DNA from: an uncultured bacterium
GTDB lineage: Bacteria; Patescibacteriota; Minisyncoccia; Phycocordibacterales; GWA1-40-21
Reading direction: 5' to 3'
NCBI GenBank assembly: GCA_903831305.1
Contig: CAIKXE010000004.1
Span: 147,524-211,523 of the forward strand
DNA: 64,000 bases
In this document: positions 26,416 to 36,548 of the stretch, piece after piece
Position numbering within the stretch: position 1 is the first letter of the stretch
Layout: every line of letters starts with the position of its first letter
Notes under the pieces: generated by a model
The model's input: only the letters and a program-made list of their open reading frames with translations
Told to the model about the DNA's origin: nothing
Databases searched by the model: none
Position numbers and translations under genes: made by a program

Positions 26416-27828
26416 ATGAAAGAAAAAATAAAAGATAGTGAATTAATGGAAAAAATCATTTCACTCTGCAAGCGCCGAGGGTTTGTCTATCCTAGCTCGG
26501 AGATTTACGGCGGGTTTGCTGGTGTCTATGATTATGGTCATTACGGTATATTGCTAAAGGAAAACATTAAGAATGCCTGGCTTCGAGATATGGTCCAATT
26601 AAGGGAAGATGTTTTTGGTTTGGATAGTGCTATCTTTATGCACCCTAAAACCTGGATAGCTTCTGGCCATGTCGGCGGTTTTCAGGATCCGCAGGTGGAT
26701 TGTAAACAGTGTAAGGCCCGTTTCCGGGCGGACCATATTCTGGAGGGCTTTGGGGTAGTGGCTGATAAGATGCCTTTAGATTTTCTCAATACTGAATTAG
26801 ATAAACTGCGAGCCTTGGGCAAACTGGTCTGTTCAAATTGTGGTTCAAAGGATTTGACTTCCGCTCGAGCTTTTTCTCTGATGGTAAAATCAAATTTGGG
26901 ATCACCTGTAGATGCTTTGACTGAGGAAAACGTCACTTATTTGAGACCAGAAACTTGCGGGGGAATTTATTTGGAATATAAAAATACCTTAGATTCTCTT
27001 CACCCTAAATTACCATTTGGTATTGCTCAGGTGGGTAAAGCTTTTAGAAATGAAATCGCTGCCCGTCAGTTTATTTTTAGAACTCGTGAATTTGAGCAGA
27101 TGGAAATGCAGTATTTTCATGCGCCTACCGAGACAAAGAAACTCTATGAAATGTGGCAAAATACTCGTTGGCAGTGGTATTTAGAATATGGTATCCCGGT
27201 TGAAAAACTTCGCTGGTATAAGCATGAAAAATTAGCGCACTATGCGAGCGAGGCCTATGACATAGAATATTCTTTTGGTTTTTTTGGTAATAGTTTTAAA
27301 GAAGTAGAAGGAATTCACGCTCGAGGAGATTGGGATTTGTCACAGCATGCTAAGTTTTCTGGCCAGACCCTTGATTATTTTGATGAGGAAACCAAACAAA
27401 GATTCATCCCTCATATTTTGGAAACATCGGTTGGTTTAGGGCGCTTGTTTTTAATGTTTTTAGACCAGGCATATACTGAGGATGGGGAGGGTGATGATAA
27501 AAGAGTTTTCTTAAAATTAAATCCTCGTCTGGCTCCGGTAAAAGTAGCAGTCTTTCCACTCTTAAAAAATAAGCCAAATTTAGTAGCCAAGGCACGGGAG
27601 ATTTTTAGTGCATTGCGTCAGGAATTTGTTTGCGAATTTGATGACAACGGTAATGTGGGGAAGAGATATAGAAGGCAAGATGAAATCGGTACGCCATATT
27701 GCGTGACGGTGGATTTTGATACGGTGGAGAAAGATGATATGGTGACGGTGCGTGACCGTGATACCGGTGCGCAGGAAAGAATTGCCGTAAAAGAATTGGT
27801 GAGTTATTTAAAAACTAAACTCACTTAA
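26416..27828 (+). CDS. glyQS: Glycine--tRNA ligase (alpha2 dimeric type)
   Basis: N-terminus MEKIISLCKRRGFVYPSSEIYGGFAGVYDYGHYG and class II motifs (FRNEIAARQFIFRTREFEQMEMQYF). Confidence 0.9.
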   Translation: MKEKIKDSELMEKIISLCKRRGFVYPSSEIYGGFAGVYDYGHYGILLKENIKNAWLRDMVQLREDVFGLDSAIFMHPKTWIASGHVGGFQDPQVDCKQCKARFRADHILEGFGVVADKMPLDFLNTELDKLRALGKLVCSNCGSKDLTSARAFSLMVKSNLGSPVDALTEENVTYLRPETCGGIYLEYKNTLDSLHPKLPFGIAQVGKAFRNEIAARQFIFRTREFEQMEMQYFHAPTETKKLYEMWQNTRWQWYLEYGIPVEKLRWYKHEKLAHYASEAYDIEYSFGFFGNSFKEVEGIHARGDWDLSQHAKFSGQTLDYFDEETKQRFIPHILETSVGLGRLFLMFLDQAYTEDGEGDDKRVFLKLNPRLAPVKVAVFPLLKNKPNLVAKAREIFSALRQEFVCEFDDNGNVGKRYRRQDEIGTPYCVTVDFDTVEKDDMVTVRDRDTGAQERIAVKELVSYLKTKLT

Positions 27829-27854
27829 TATTCTCACTATTTTGTTCTTAAAAT

Positions 27855-29123
27855 ATGAATTACAAAAAAACTATTCTAGATAATGGCTTACGAATAATCA
27901 CTGTACCGATGAAGGATAATCCCACGGTCACCGTTTTTGCCTTGGTAGAAGCGGGGTCAAAATATGAGACAAAGGAGAAAAACGGTATCTCACACTTTTT
28001 GGAGCATATGTGTTTTAAGGGGACAACAAGAAGGCCTAGTAATTCGGACATTAGTACGGAGCTGGATAATATCGGCTCGCACTATAATGCTTTTACTGGT
28101 GAGGAAATTACCGGTTATTATGCCAAGGCGCAGTTTGCTCATATTGATAAATTGCTAGACGTGATAACGGATATGTATTTGAACCCATTGTTTGTTGAAA
28201 AAGAAATTGAAAAGGAAAAGGGGGTGATTATTGAAGAAATAAATATGTATGAGGATTTACCCCAGCGTAAAGTGCAGAATTTATTTACGGAATTAGTGTA
28301 TGGTGATCAGCCGGCTGGTTATGATATCGCTGGCCCTAAGGAAAATATCAAGGGCATGACTCAGGTAGATTTTATTAATTATAGAAATAAATTTTACACC
28401 GCCCCGGCCACTACTATCATAGTGGCAGGAAATTTTGGGGAAGAAAAAGTGGTTGCCGATGTTACTCGGATATTTTCCGTTTTACCTAAAGTGGGAAAGG
28501 GGACTAAGCTCCCAGTCAATGAAGGTCAAGTCAAACCCGCCGTTTCCTTATTTAAAAAGGAAACGGATCAAACGCATTTAGTTTTAGGGGTTCGGACTTT
28601 TGACCTTTATGATAAGAGAGATAAAGTGATGGATGTACTCGTGGGGGTACTTGACGCCGGGATGAGTTCCAGATTATTTAAAAAATTACGAGACGAGATG
28701 GGGGTATGTTATTATGTGAGTGCCGGTAATCAGGGTTTTACGGATCACGGCTTGTTTTCAGTCAGTGCTGGGGTAGATAATCTGCGGGTGAAGGAAGTGA
28801 TCAAGGTGATTTTAGGGGAGTTGAATAAATTTAAAACTGAATTGGTTTCTCCAGAGGAATTACAAAAAGTAAAACAGAATTTAGTCGGTACTATGTATTT
28901 GGGGCTAGAGTCCTCAGATTCATTGGCTCGGTTTTACGGTGGACAGGAGATTATGAATAAGGTTATAAAAAAACCAGAAGAAATAAAGGCAGAAATAGAG
29001 TCTATCACGGCCGAGGAAATAATGAGCTTGGCTAAGGAAGTATTTGTGGATAAGGGTCTAAACCTGGCACTGGTAGGGCGCTTTGAAGATAAGGGTGAGT
29101 TTGAAAATATTCTTAAATTTTAA
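27855..29123 (+). CDS. M16-family zinc peptidase (insulinase-like)
   Basis: Inverted zincin motif HFLEH (GISHFLEHMCFKGT) with a downstream Glu. Confidence 0.8.
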   Translation: MNYKKTILDNGLRIITVPMKDNPTVTVFALVEAGSKYETKEKNGISHFLEHMCFKGTTRRPSNSDISTELDNIGSHYNAFTGEEITGYYAKAQFAHIDKLLDVITDMYLNPLFVEKEIEKEKGVIIEEINMYEDLPQRKVQNLFTELVYGDQPAGYDIAGPKENIKGMTQVDFINYRNKFYTAPATTIIVAGNFGEEKVVADVTRIFSVLPKVGKGTKLPVNEGQVKPAVSLFKKETDQTHLVLGVRTFDLYDKRDKVMDVLVGVLDAGMSSRLFKKLRDEMGVCYYVSAGNQGFTDHGLFSVSAGVDNLRVKEVIKVILGELNKFKTELVSPEELQKVKQNLVGTMYLGLESSDSLARFYGGQEIMNKVIKKPEEIKAEIESITAEEIMSLAKEVFVDKGLNLALVGRFEDKGEFENILKF

Positions 29124-29146
29124 TTAATTTGTGCTATAATAGAGAT

Positions 29147-30289
29147 ATGGAGAAACCAGAGAAAAATATCAGTATAAATATTAGTTCTGTGGTTATTATT
29201 AAGACCTTGGTCATTCTGGTGGTGGCCTTTCTCTTGTATCAGTTACTGGATATTGTACTCGTGGTGCTTACAGCGGTGGTTATCGCTTCAGCCGTGGAGC
29301 CGGTAATTTTGTGGTTTGGAAAATACCGAGTAAATAGATTGTTTTCAGTTTTAATAACTTATATCTGCGTGGTCCTGACTTTTGCTGGTTTATTGTACTT
29401 TTTTATTCCACCAGTATTAGATGAAGCCTCAAACCTTTTAAGCACCGCTCCCAAATATCTAGATTCTATTACTTTATGGAATCCATTGAATGATGCTAAA
29501 TTGACGGAAACCAGTAAATTAGCCGGTGGTTTGTCAGATGGTCTGAATAGTAGTAAACAGTTTATCGGTAGTTTGTCTCAAGGTGGAAGTTCATCGGTTA
29601 TCACTGATCTGGTTGCCAAATTTAAGGGGATTACCGCCAATACGTCAGATGGGGTGATAAATATCGCTTCCAATATTTTTGGAGGGGCCTTTTCTTTTAT
29701 TTTGATTATTGTTTTGTCTTTCTATCTGGCTGTGCAGGAGGGGGGAGTAGAGAAATTTTTGAAGATAATTACCCCACTCAAGAGTGAAGCCTATGTCGTG
29801 GGTCTGTGGAAAAGGTCACAGAAGAAAATTGGTTTATGGATGCAGGGGCAGCTGGTCCTTGGTTTACTCGTGGGGGTTTTGGTTTACCTTGGCCTCATGA
29901 TCCTTGGTGTCCAGAATGCTCTGGTTCTGGCGGTTCTCGCCGGAGCCTTGGAGGTTATTCCTTATTTTGGTCCCATCCTCTCCGCTATTCCAGCCATCCT
30001 TTTTGGCTATACGGACGGGGGTGTGACTATGGGTCTTATGGTGCTTGGCCTGTTTGTTATTATTCAACAGTTTGAAAATCATTTGATATATCCTTTGGTG
30101 GTAAAGAAAGTGGTGGGTGTATCACCTATCATCGTTATTCTGGCCTTGATTGTGGGAGCCAAGTTTGCGGGTTTCCTGGGTATCCTTTTGTCTGTCCCGG
30201 TTACCTCGGCTTTTATGGAATTTATTGATGATGTGCAGAAAGATAAAGAAGATATTGCTGAGCATAAGACGACCGGTCACTTAGCCTAA
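29147..30289 (+). CDS. AI-2E family transporter (UPF0118/PerM permease)
   Basis: ~8 TM helices and the typical AI-2E topology. Start is chosen at MEKPEK; a TATAAT box lies 5-10 nt upstream. Confidence 0.7.
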   Translation: MEKPEKNISINISSVVIIKTLVILVVAFLLYQLLDIVLVVLTAVVIASAVEPVILWFGKYRVNRLFSVLITYICVVLTFAGLLYFFIPPVLDEASNLLSTAPKYLDSITLWNPLNDAKLTETSKLAGGLSDGLNSSKQFIGSLSQGGSSSVITDLVAKFKGITANTSDGVINIASNIFGGAFSFILIIVLSFYLAVQEGGVEKFLKIITPLKSEAYVVGLWKRSQKKIGLWMQGQLVLGLLVGVLVYLGLMILGVQNALVLAVLAGALEVIPYFGPILSAIPAILFGYTDGGVTMGLMVLGLFVIIQQFENHLIYPLVVKKVVGVSPIIVILALIVGAKFAGFLGILLSVPVTSAFMEFIDDVQKDKEDIAEHKTTGHLA

Positions 30290-30292
30290 ATT

Positions 30293-31747
30293 ATGTCTAA
30301 GAATTTTTACATTACCACCACGCTACCATACGTTAATGCCGAGGCTCATATGGGTCATGCTTTAGAGATGGTTCGGGCTGACGTTATTGCCCGGTATAAG
30401 AAACTCACTGGTTTTAATGTTTTTTTTAATACCGGTACGGATGAGCACGGCCAAAAGATTTATCAAAAGGCCCTGGAGAATAATCAAGCCCCAAAGGAGT
30501 ATACTGATTTTTATGCTGCCAAATTTCAGGATCTTCTAAAATTACTTGGTATCACCGAGACAGAGGGGATTACGCGCAATTTTATCCGGACCACAGATGA
30601 GAAACACATTACTTCCGCGCAGGCTTTCTGGAAAGTATGTGAGGAAAATGGTTTTATCTATAAAAAAAATTATCAGATAAAGTATTGTGTGGGGTGTGAG
30701 TTGGAAAAAACTGATTCTGATCTGGTGGATGGTAAGTGTCCGGACCACCCTAATCGCGAGCTCGAGATCCGCGATGAAGAAAATTATTTTTTCAAATTCT
30801 CGGAGTTTCAGAAACCTTTGCTAGAGTTTTATGCTAAAAATCCTAACTTTGTTATTCCGGATTTTCGCTTAAAGGAAATCAAAACTTTTGTAGAGGCCGG
30901 TCTGTCTGACTTTAGTATTTCTCGGTTGAAGAGTAAAATGCCTTGGGGTATAGCCGTACCAGGAGACGAAAACCAAGTGATGTATGTGTGGTTTGATGCC
31001 TTGGTGAACTATATTTCCGCTATTGGCTGGCCGTCTGATCTTGAGAATTTTACTAAGTGGCAGGTAGAGACCGGAGGGGTGGTGCAATACTGTGGCAAAG
31101 ATAATTTGCGTCAACAAACTGCCATGTGGCAAGCCATGCTTATGGCGGCGGGACTACCTAATTCTAAGGCCGTGGTGGTGGATGGCTTTGTGACGGGGGC
31201 GGGTGGGGTAAAGATGGGTAAGTCCTTGGGTAATGGTATTGACCCCGTAGAGCTAATAAAGGAATATGGCACGGATGCTATGCGTTATTTTGTCACACGC
31301 GAGCTCCATGCTTTTGAGGATACCGCCATGACCGTGGAGATGTTTAAAGAGGCTTATAATGCTAATCTGGCCAATGGTTTGGGTAATCTGGTGAGCCGGG
31401 TGATGAAGATGGCGGAAACAAATCTGGCCGGTCCCGTCTCCCTTTCAGAAAATATTTTGCCTCAAGATTTTGTTAATTTGCTAGAAAAATTTGAAATCCA
31501 AAAAGCCGTGGATTTGGTCTGGCAGAAAATAGCCGAGGCTGATAAATTGATTCAGGAGAAACAACCATTCAAATTAGTGAAGACTGATAAAGAAGCGGGG
31601 ACTAGGATAATTGAGGATCTGGTAATCAGGCTGGAAGTGGTGGCAAGTATGCTTGTGCCGGTTATACCAGAGACGGCGGAGAAGATTAAAAATTTAATTA
31701 GAACAAATAAATCTCCAGAAGCACCACTGTTTTTAAGAAAGGATTAG
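30293..31747 (+). CDS. metG: Methionine--tRNA ligase (short form)
   Basis: YVNAEAHMGHALEMV (HIGH-type) and KMGKSLGN (KMSKS). Confidence 0.9.
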   Translation: MSKNFYITTTLPYVNAEAHMGHALEMVRADVIARYKKLTGFNVFFNTGTDEHGQKIYQKALENNQAPKEYTDFYAAKFQDLLKLLGITETEGITRNFIRTTDEKHITSAQAFWKVCEENGFIYKKNYQIKYCVGCELEKTDSDLVDGKCPDHPNRELEIRDEENYFFKFSEFQKPLLEFYAKNPNFVIPDFRLKEIKTFVEAGLSDFSISRLKSKMPWGIAVPGDENQVMYVWFDALVNYISAIGWPSDLENFTKWQVETGGVVQYCGKDNLRQQTAMWQAMLMAAGLPNSKAVVVDGFVTGAGGVKMGKSLGNGIDPVELIKEYGTDAMRYFVTRELHAFEDTAMTVEMFKEAYNANLANGLGNLVSRVMKMAETNLAGPVSLSENILPQDFVNLLEKFEIQKAVDLVWQKIAEADKLIQEKQPFKLVKTDKEAGTRIIEDLVIRLEVVASMLVPVIPETAEKIKNLIRTNKSPEAPLFLRKD

Positions 31748-31750
31748 ATT

Positions 31751-32563
31751 ATGAAATATATTGATATTCACTCGCATTTGGGCTTTGAAGACTATGGTCC
31801 GGATCAAAAGGGGGTAATTGCCAGGATGAAAGAATCTGGAGTGGGGACTATTGCTGTAGGGGCGGATTTGGCCAGCTCAATTGAAGCCATTAAAGTAGCC
31901 GAGGAGAATGAAAATGTCTGGGCGTGCATTGGCCAGCACCCAACCCATAATGTCTCGAAAACGGACTTTCACCATGGTGAAAGTTCTGAAGTAAGCCATG
32001 GCTTACTTGGGTTTGATGAAGTGGAGTTTGAAAAGCTGGTAAAAAATCCTAAAGTGGTGGCGATCGGGGAATGTGGTTTGGAATATTATAAGTTGGAAGG
32101 GGATATTGAGAAAATAAAAGTCAAACAAAAAGCAGATTTTATTAAGCAAATAAAATTTGCGATTAAATATGATAAGCCACTAATGCTTCATATTCGTGAC
32201 GCTTTTGATGATGCTTATGATATTTTGAAAGAGTATCAGGGACAAGTGAGAGGGGATGTACATTTCTTCACCGGCAAGCTTCCTCAGGCTTTGAAATTCA
32301 TTGAACTTGGTTTTACTATCTCTTTTACTGGTCTTATCACCTATGTCCAGGACTTTGATAAAATTATTAAAAACGTGCCCTTGGAGGCCCTCCAGGCGGA
32401 GACGGATGCCCCTTACGTGGCCCCGGTGCCTCACCGTGGCACGCGTAATGAGCCGGCGTATGTTATACCAGTTTACCAAAAAATCGCCGAAATCCGGGGT
32501 GAAGAACCCGAAAAAGTCCGCCTCCAGCTCCTCGAGAATGCTAAAAGGCTGTTTGGAGTTTAA
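31751..32563 (+). CDS. tatD: TatD-family metal-dependent hydrolase/DNase
   Basis: IDIHSHLGFEDY N-terminus, GECGLEYY and HxRDA pattern. Confidence 0.85.
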   Translation: MKYIDIHSHLGFEDYGPDQKGVIARMKESGVGTIAVGADLASSIEAIKVAEENENVWACIGQHPTHNVSKTDFHHGESSEVSHGLLGFDEVEFEKLVKNPKVVAIGECGLEYYKLEGDIEKIKVKQKADFIKQIKFAIKYDKPLMLHIRDAFDDAYDILKEYQGQVRGDVHFFTGKLPQALKFIELGFTISFTGLITYVQDFDKIIKNVPLEALQAETDAPYVAPVPHRGTRNEPAYVIPVYQKIAEIRGEEPEKVRLQLLENAKRLFGV

Positions 32564-32634
32564 TCTTTTCTTCTTGACCAATATTTATATTAGTATATTC
32601 TTGACGTAGATTCAGTTCCAAATCACCAATAGCT

Positions 32635-33035
32635 AGGGGAGAAACACTCATGAGTCGTCGTCGTTGGTCTTATCGCCCAAGTATGCTTCGGCGGGAAGTG
32701 AAGGTCGATTCGCACGGTTTGTTCATTCACTATGGCGGATTCCGATACCGTCCACAAGGGGAGACAAAGGCGACGCCCACGGCACATGTTTTGCTCCACA
32801 GTCCCTTTCGCCGGGAGGATAATCTCGCCGTGGTGTCTATCGGTGGGAAGAACGAAACCTGGAAACAAGGAGGGACACCAAGAAATGAAGTGCCGTTTTT
32901 TAGCAAACGGATCCGTCTCACTGATCACTGTGCAGGCACTCGTCCTGACTTTGGTGATGTCATCATGGTGACACTTGTCAAACACTAGCTCGCGCGCACC
33001 GTTCTCCCGGGTTGGGGAATGGTGCGTTTTGTTTG
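32635..33035 (+). ncRNA. GC-rich ~400-nt non-coding-looking block upstream of rpsF; candidate structured RNA or foreign remnant (identity unresolved)
   Basis: Abrupt GC enrichment, only short mutually overlapping ORFs in several frames on both strands with implausible proteins. A terminal hairpin gcacc…cccgggttgggg…ggtgc is followed by GTTTTGTTTG at 32996-33035. Promoter-like TTGACC/TTGACG lie at 32574/32601. Confidence 0.3.
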
Positions 33036-33068
33036 ATATTTTACTCCTTTTATGTTAAGGTTGGTTTT

Positions 33069-33569
33069 ATGGAAAAAGTCGAAACATTAGAAAAAGAGGG
33101 TGGTGTCCAGGTTTACGAACTTGGTTACCATATAGTTTCCACCGTCGCAGAGGAAAACTTGCCTAAGGAAGTAGAAACCCTTAAAGCAATTGTTCTTAAG
33201 GATGGAGGATCGCTGATAAGTCTCGGCGAACCAAAGCTTATTAACCTCGCTTACTCGATGACTAAGTCTGTCGCGGACATTAAGAAGAAATTCAACACAG
33301 CCTATTTTGGCTGGTTAAAGTTCGAGACTAAGTCAGAGCTAATGCCTATGATAAAGAAGGCCGTGGATGCCAATCCGCTTGTCCTTCGTTATCTACTCAT
33401 TAAGACCGTAAGGGAGAACACTTTGTATACGCCAAAGCTAAATAGCGTAAAAGTAGCGGATAAGGAGGCCCCTAAGGCCAAGAAATCCATCAAGACTGAT
33501 GAGAAGAAAGCCACTTCTCTTGAGGACATTGATAAGAGTATTGATGAATTAGTAGTGTCAGCAGAATAG
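33069..33569 (+). CDS. rpsF: 30S ribosomal protein S6
   Basis: MEKVETLEKEGGVQVYELGYHIVSTV… then …LVLRYLLIKT, and a charged C-terminal tail. Synteny with ssb and rpsR. Confidence 0.8.
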   Translation: MEKVETLEKEGGVQVYELGYHIVSTVAEENLPKEVETLKAIVLKDGGSLISLGEPKLINLAYSMTKSVADIKKKFNTAYFGWLKFETKSELMPMIKKAVDANPLVLRYLLIKTVRENTLYTPKLNSVKVADKEAPKAKKSIKTDEKKATSLEDIDKSIDELVVSAE

Positions 33570-33639
33570 TTATTAACGCGCCCTTTTCTAGGGTCTAATC
33601 GGTAGGGAGAAAAAACATAAAATTCTCTATCACAACGGC

Positions 33640-34107
33640 ATGTATCTTAACAAAGCGTTTCTTTATGGTAATCTCGTCAGAGACCCTGAGCTCAAGGCTC
33701 TACCTTCCGGTATCAAGGTGACTAATTTTTCTTTGGCCACTAACCGCACTTATAAGGATAAAGATGGCAATAAAAAGGAGACTACCGAGTATCACAATGT
33801 GGTGGCGTTTGGTAAGCAGGCCGAGCTCATTGAACAGTATTTGAAGAAGGGGCGAGGAATATTTGTGGAAGGACGCTTACAGACCAGGAGCTGGGATGAT
33901 AAGGCCACTAACACTAAGAAATACCGCACGGAAGTGATAGTGGAGAACTTCCAGTTTGGTCCAAGTGGTGCGCCAAGCACTGGGGGCGGAACTTATACCC
34001 CAAGTCAGACAGAAGGTGGGCCAAGTAGTGCTAGTAACAAGGCTGATAAGATAGATACCATAGAATACCCGACGGAAGAGATAAATCCAGAAGATATTCC
34101 ATTCTAA
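33640..34107 (+). CDS. ssb: Single-stranded DNA-binding protein
   Basis: OB-fold N-terminus (NKAFLYGNLVRDPELK…YHNVVAFGKQAE), Gly/Ser-rich linker and acidic tail ending DIPF. Confidence 0.85.
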   Translation: MYLNKAFLYGNLVRDPELKALPSGIKVTNFSLATNRTYKDKDGNKKETTEYHNVVAFGKQAELIEQYLKKGRGIFVEGRLQTRSWDDKATNTKKYRTEVIVENFQFGPSGAPSTGGGTYTPSQTEGGPSSASNKADKIDTIEYPTEEINPEDIPF

Positions 34108-34158
34108 ATAAAGGTCAGAATTATTAAAAAATAAAATTACCCCACATCAAATAATAAT

Positions 34159-34383
34159 TTGATTGGGCAAGTAAAAAAAATGATTAAACAATGCTTTTTC
34201 TCACAAAATAATATAAAGTATGTGGACTATAAGGATTTGGACTTGATCAAGAAGTTCCTTAACCCACATGCTCGTATTATGAGCCGTAAGAAAACCGCTG
34301 TGGGTGCCAGAAGCCAACGTCAGTTAGCGGAGGCTATCAAGCGCGCTCGGTTCATGGGCTTACTACCGTATTTGTCTAGATAA
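34159..34383 (+). CDS. rpsR: 30S ribosomal protein S18
   Basis: YVDYKDLDLIKKFLNPHARIMSRKKT…QRQLAEAIKRARFMGLLPY. Confidence 0.9.
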   Translation: MIGQVKKMIKQCFFSQNNIKYVDYKDLDLIKKFLNPHARIMSRKKTAVGARSQRQLAEAIKRARFMGLLPYLSR

Positions 34384-34537
34384 CTTCAAATAAAAACACT
34401 CAAGGAGTATTCTCGGCACTCCTTGGGTGTTTTTAAATATATTTTACTTCTTCGCCAGATAAAGTGTGCGGAGCACTTCCACTAAATCCCCACCTTTTCT
34501 AAGGCGGGGTGGCCTTCCTAGGCCGGGGCGGTGAGCG

Positions 34538-35122
34538 CTACTTTTTAGCGCGTTCTACGTACTCACCCGTTTGAGTATTGACCACCACGGTATCATTTTC
34601 ACTGACAAAGAGGGGAGCCATGATGATGGCGCCGGTTTCCAAGGTGATTTGCTTACTACCACCGGTGGCGGTGTCACCCTTCAGGGCAGGTGGGGCATCA
34701 GTCACTTTTAATTCTACTTTGATAGGTAACTTAGTTCCAATCATCATCCCTTCCTCCTCATCATCGGCGGTAAAGACTAATACTTCCGCAATGGAGTTTG
34801 GCTTGAGGAACTTGGCTTGATAACCAATCAGATTTTCGTCAATCTTAAATCTTTTGGCTGGATCCTTGGGGTCGGCAAACCAAAACTCACCTTTGTTGGT
34901 ATATAAAAACTTGGCTTCTTTGGTGGTAATATCCGCCTCTTCTACCTTTTCTGCCTGGTGAAAGCTCTGCTCGGTGATTTTACCAGTAATCATATTGCGC
35001 AGTTTGGTAGCATTTACCGGTTTACGCATCTGCTTTCTAAAGACATGAGAAGACAGCACCTCATAAGGCTCATTATTAAAGATAATATACTTTCGCTCCA
35101 CGATTTCACTGTATTCAAGCAT
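34538..35122 (-). CDS. efp: Elongation factor P
   Basis: Three OB/KOW-like domains. The N-terminus is EF-P-like. Confidence 0.9.
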   Translation of the reverse strand: MLEYSEIVERKYIIFNNEPYEVLSSHVFRKQMRKPVNATKLRNMITGKITEQSFHQAEKVEEADITTKEAKFLYTNKGEFWFADPKDPAKRFKIDENLIGYQAKFLKPNSIAEVLVFTADDEEEGMMIGTKLPIKVELKVTDAPPALKGDTATGGSKQITLETGAIIMAPLFVSENDTVVVNTQTGEYVERAKK

Positions 35123-35371
35123 GGGACTATCTTATACAAAATAAGGCTATTTTGCAAGAGAAAAGGCTCGGACATTTTAAAATCTAATAACCAGGGCTTT
35201 TAAGGTAGCTTACATAATATGCGTTAGAATACCTTTTAGACCGATTACAATAAGTAAGATAGCGATGACAGATAGGGCGGGGTAGTAAACAGCCGTAAAA
35301 GCTAAAAGCGGGCCAGTGACCATACAGGTAATCCAAATATGCTCCATCTTAATTTTCCTAAGGTGTTTCAT

Positions 35372-36433
35372 TTATTCTTCAGTGGCTGGGACAGCTAATC
35401 CTCCGTCCTTTAGTCTTTCTTTAATTTCTTTTAGGATTTTATCGGCCACTACTTTATTTTCTTTACTCTTTAAGAACTGTCTGGTGGCGTCATAACCACG
35501 GCCCAGCTTTTTCTGCTCTTCTTTTTCGGTGGTTGCCCATTCATAAGACATACCGGCTTTCTTTATAATCCCTAGCTTTTCTCCCAAAGCAATCATCTCA
35601 CCCTCAGTGGATATTCCCTCGTTATACATCAGATCAAATTCAGTTTGTTTAAATGGGGCGGCTACTTTATTTTTAACTACCTTTACACGAATCCGGCCAC
35701 CCATAATCTCTTCACCTTTTTTAATCTGCGCAATACGGCGGATGTCTAAACGAACAGAAGTATAAAACTTTAAGGCCTTACCGCCGGGGGTAGTCTCGGG
35801 ATTACCAAACATCACCCCTATCTGCATGCGGATCTGGTTGATAAAGATGACGATAGTTTTGCTTTTGGCCACAATGGCGGTTAGTTTACGTAAAGCTTGA
35901 GACATCAGTCTGGCTTGCTTACCCATATGCTGGGCACCCATATCACCCTCAATCTCGTCTTTAGGGGTAAGGGCGGCTACGGAGTCTATAACTATCACGT
36001 CCATCTTGCCGGAGCGCACTAGGGACTCTACAATCTCCAGTCCTTGTTCACCATTGTCTGGTTGGGAAATGAGTAGTTCATCTATCTTTACGCCGATCTT
36101 TCTGGCATATTCTGGGTCCATAGCATGTTCAGCATCAATATAAGCACAGAGACCGTTTAATTTTTGAGCCTCGGCTACTACATGAAGAGCGAGGGTGGTT
36201 TTACCAGAAGATTCTGGCCCAAAGATCTCAATGATTCGGCCACGGGGGAGTCCACCCACGCCAAGTGCGGCATCCAGGCCGATGGAACCAGTGGAGATGG
36301 CGTTCACATCTACTCGCGGTTTTTCACCGAGCTTCATGATAGAATCATCACCAAACTTTGTCCGGATTTCATCCAATGTAGAATCAATATTTGCCCCTAG
36401 TACCTTTGGCTCCTTTTTTTCTTTTTTTATCAT
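35372..36433 (-). CDS. recA: Recombinase A
   Basis: [39 protein letters not shown], the RecA Walker A and L1/L2 regions. Confidence 0.95.
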   Translation of the reverse strand: MIKKEKKEPKVLGANIDSTLDEIRTKFGDDSIMKLGEKPRVDVNAISTGSIGLDAALGVGGLPRGRIIEIFGPESSGKTTLALHVVAEAQKLNGLCAYIDAEHAMDPEYARKIGVKIDELLISQPDNGEQGLEIVESLVRSGKMDVIVIDSVAALTPKDEIEGDMGAQHMGKQARLMSQALRKLTAIVAKSKTIVIFINQIRMQIGVMFGNPETTPGGKALKFYTSVRLDIRRIAQIKKGEEIMGGRIRVKVVKNKVAAPFKQTEFDLMYNEGISTEGEMIALGEKLGIIKKAGMSYEWATTEKEEQKKLGRGYDATRQFLKSKENKVVADKILKEIKERLKDGGLAVPATEE

Positions 36434-36448
36434 TTTTTTCTTTTTTTT

Positions 36449-36538
36449 GAGACTAGGAAATGTTTAATTTTAAAATGTCTGGCCGAAGTTCTGACGAGGA
36501 GATCCGAGGACTTTTAAAATTAAACATTTCCTAGTCTC
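36449..36538. repeat. Perfect 27-bp inverted repeat with 36-nt spacer immediately upstream of recA
   Basis: gagactaggaaatgtttaattttaaaa (36449-36475) and ttttaaaattaaacatttcctagtctc (36512-36538) are exact reverse complements. Spacer is tgtctggccgaagttctgacgaggagatccgaggac. Confidence 0.6.
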
Positions 36539-36548
36539 AGTTATTAAA

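Noticed and set aside
32635-33035. Assignment of the GC-rich block as RNase P RNA or tmRNA
   Set aside because: The size is right, but neither the P4 strands (GGAAAGUCCGG / ACAGAAUCCGGCUUA) nor a tmRNA T-arm or ANDENYALAA-type tag frame could be found by eye. Left as unidentified.
36476-36511. Hammerhead-ribozyme-like CUGACGAG motif in the spacer of the recA inverted repeat
   Set aside because: A CUGANGA box is present, but there is no stem II hairpin followed by GAAA and no properly placed GUC/stem III. The resemblance is limited to a 7-mer.
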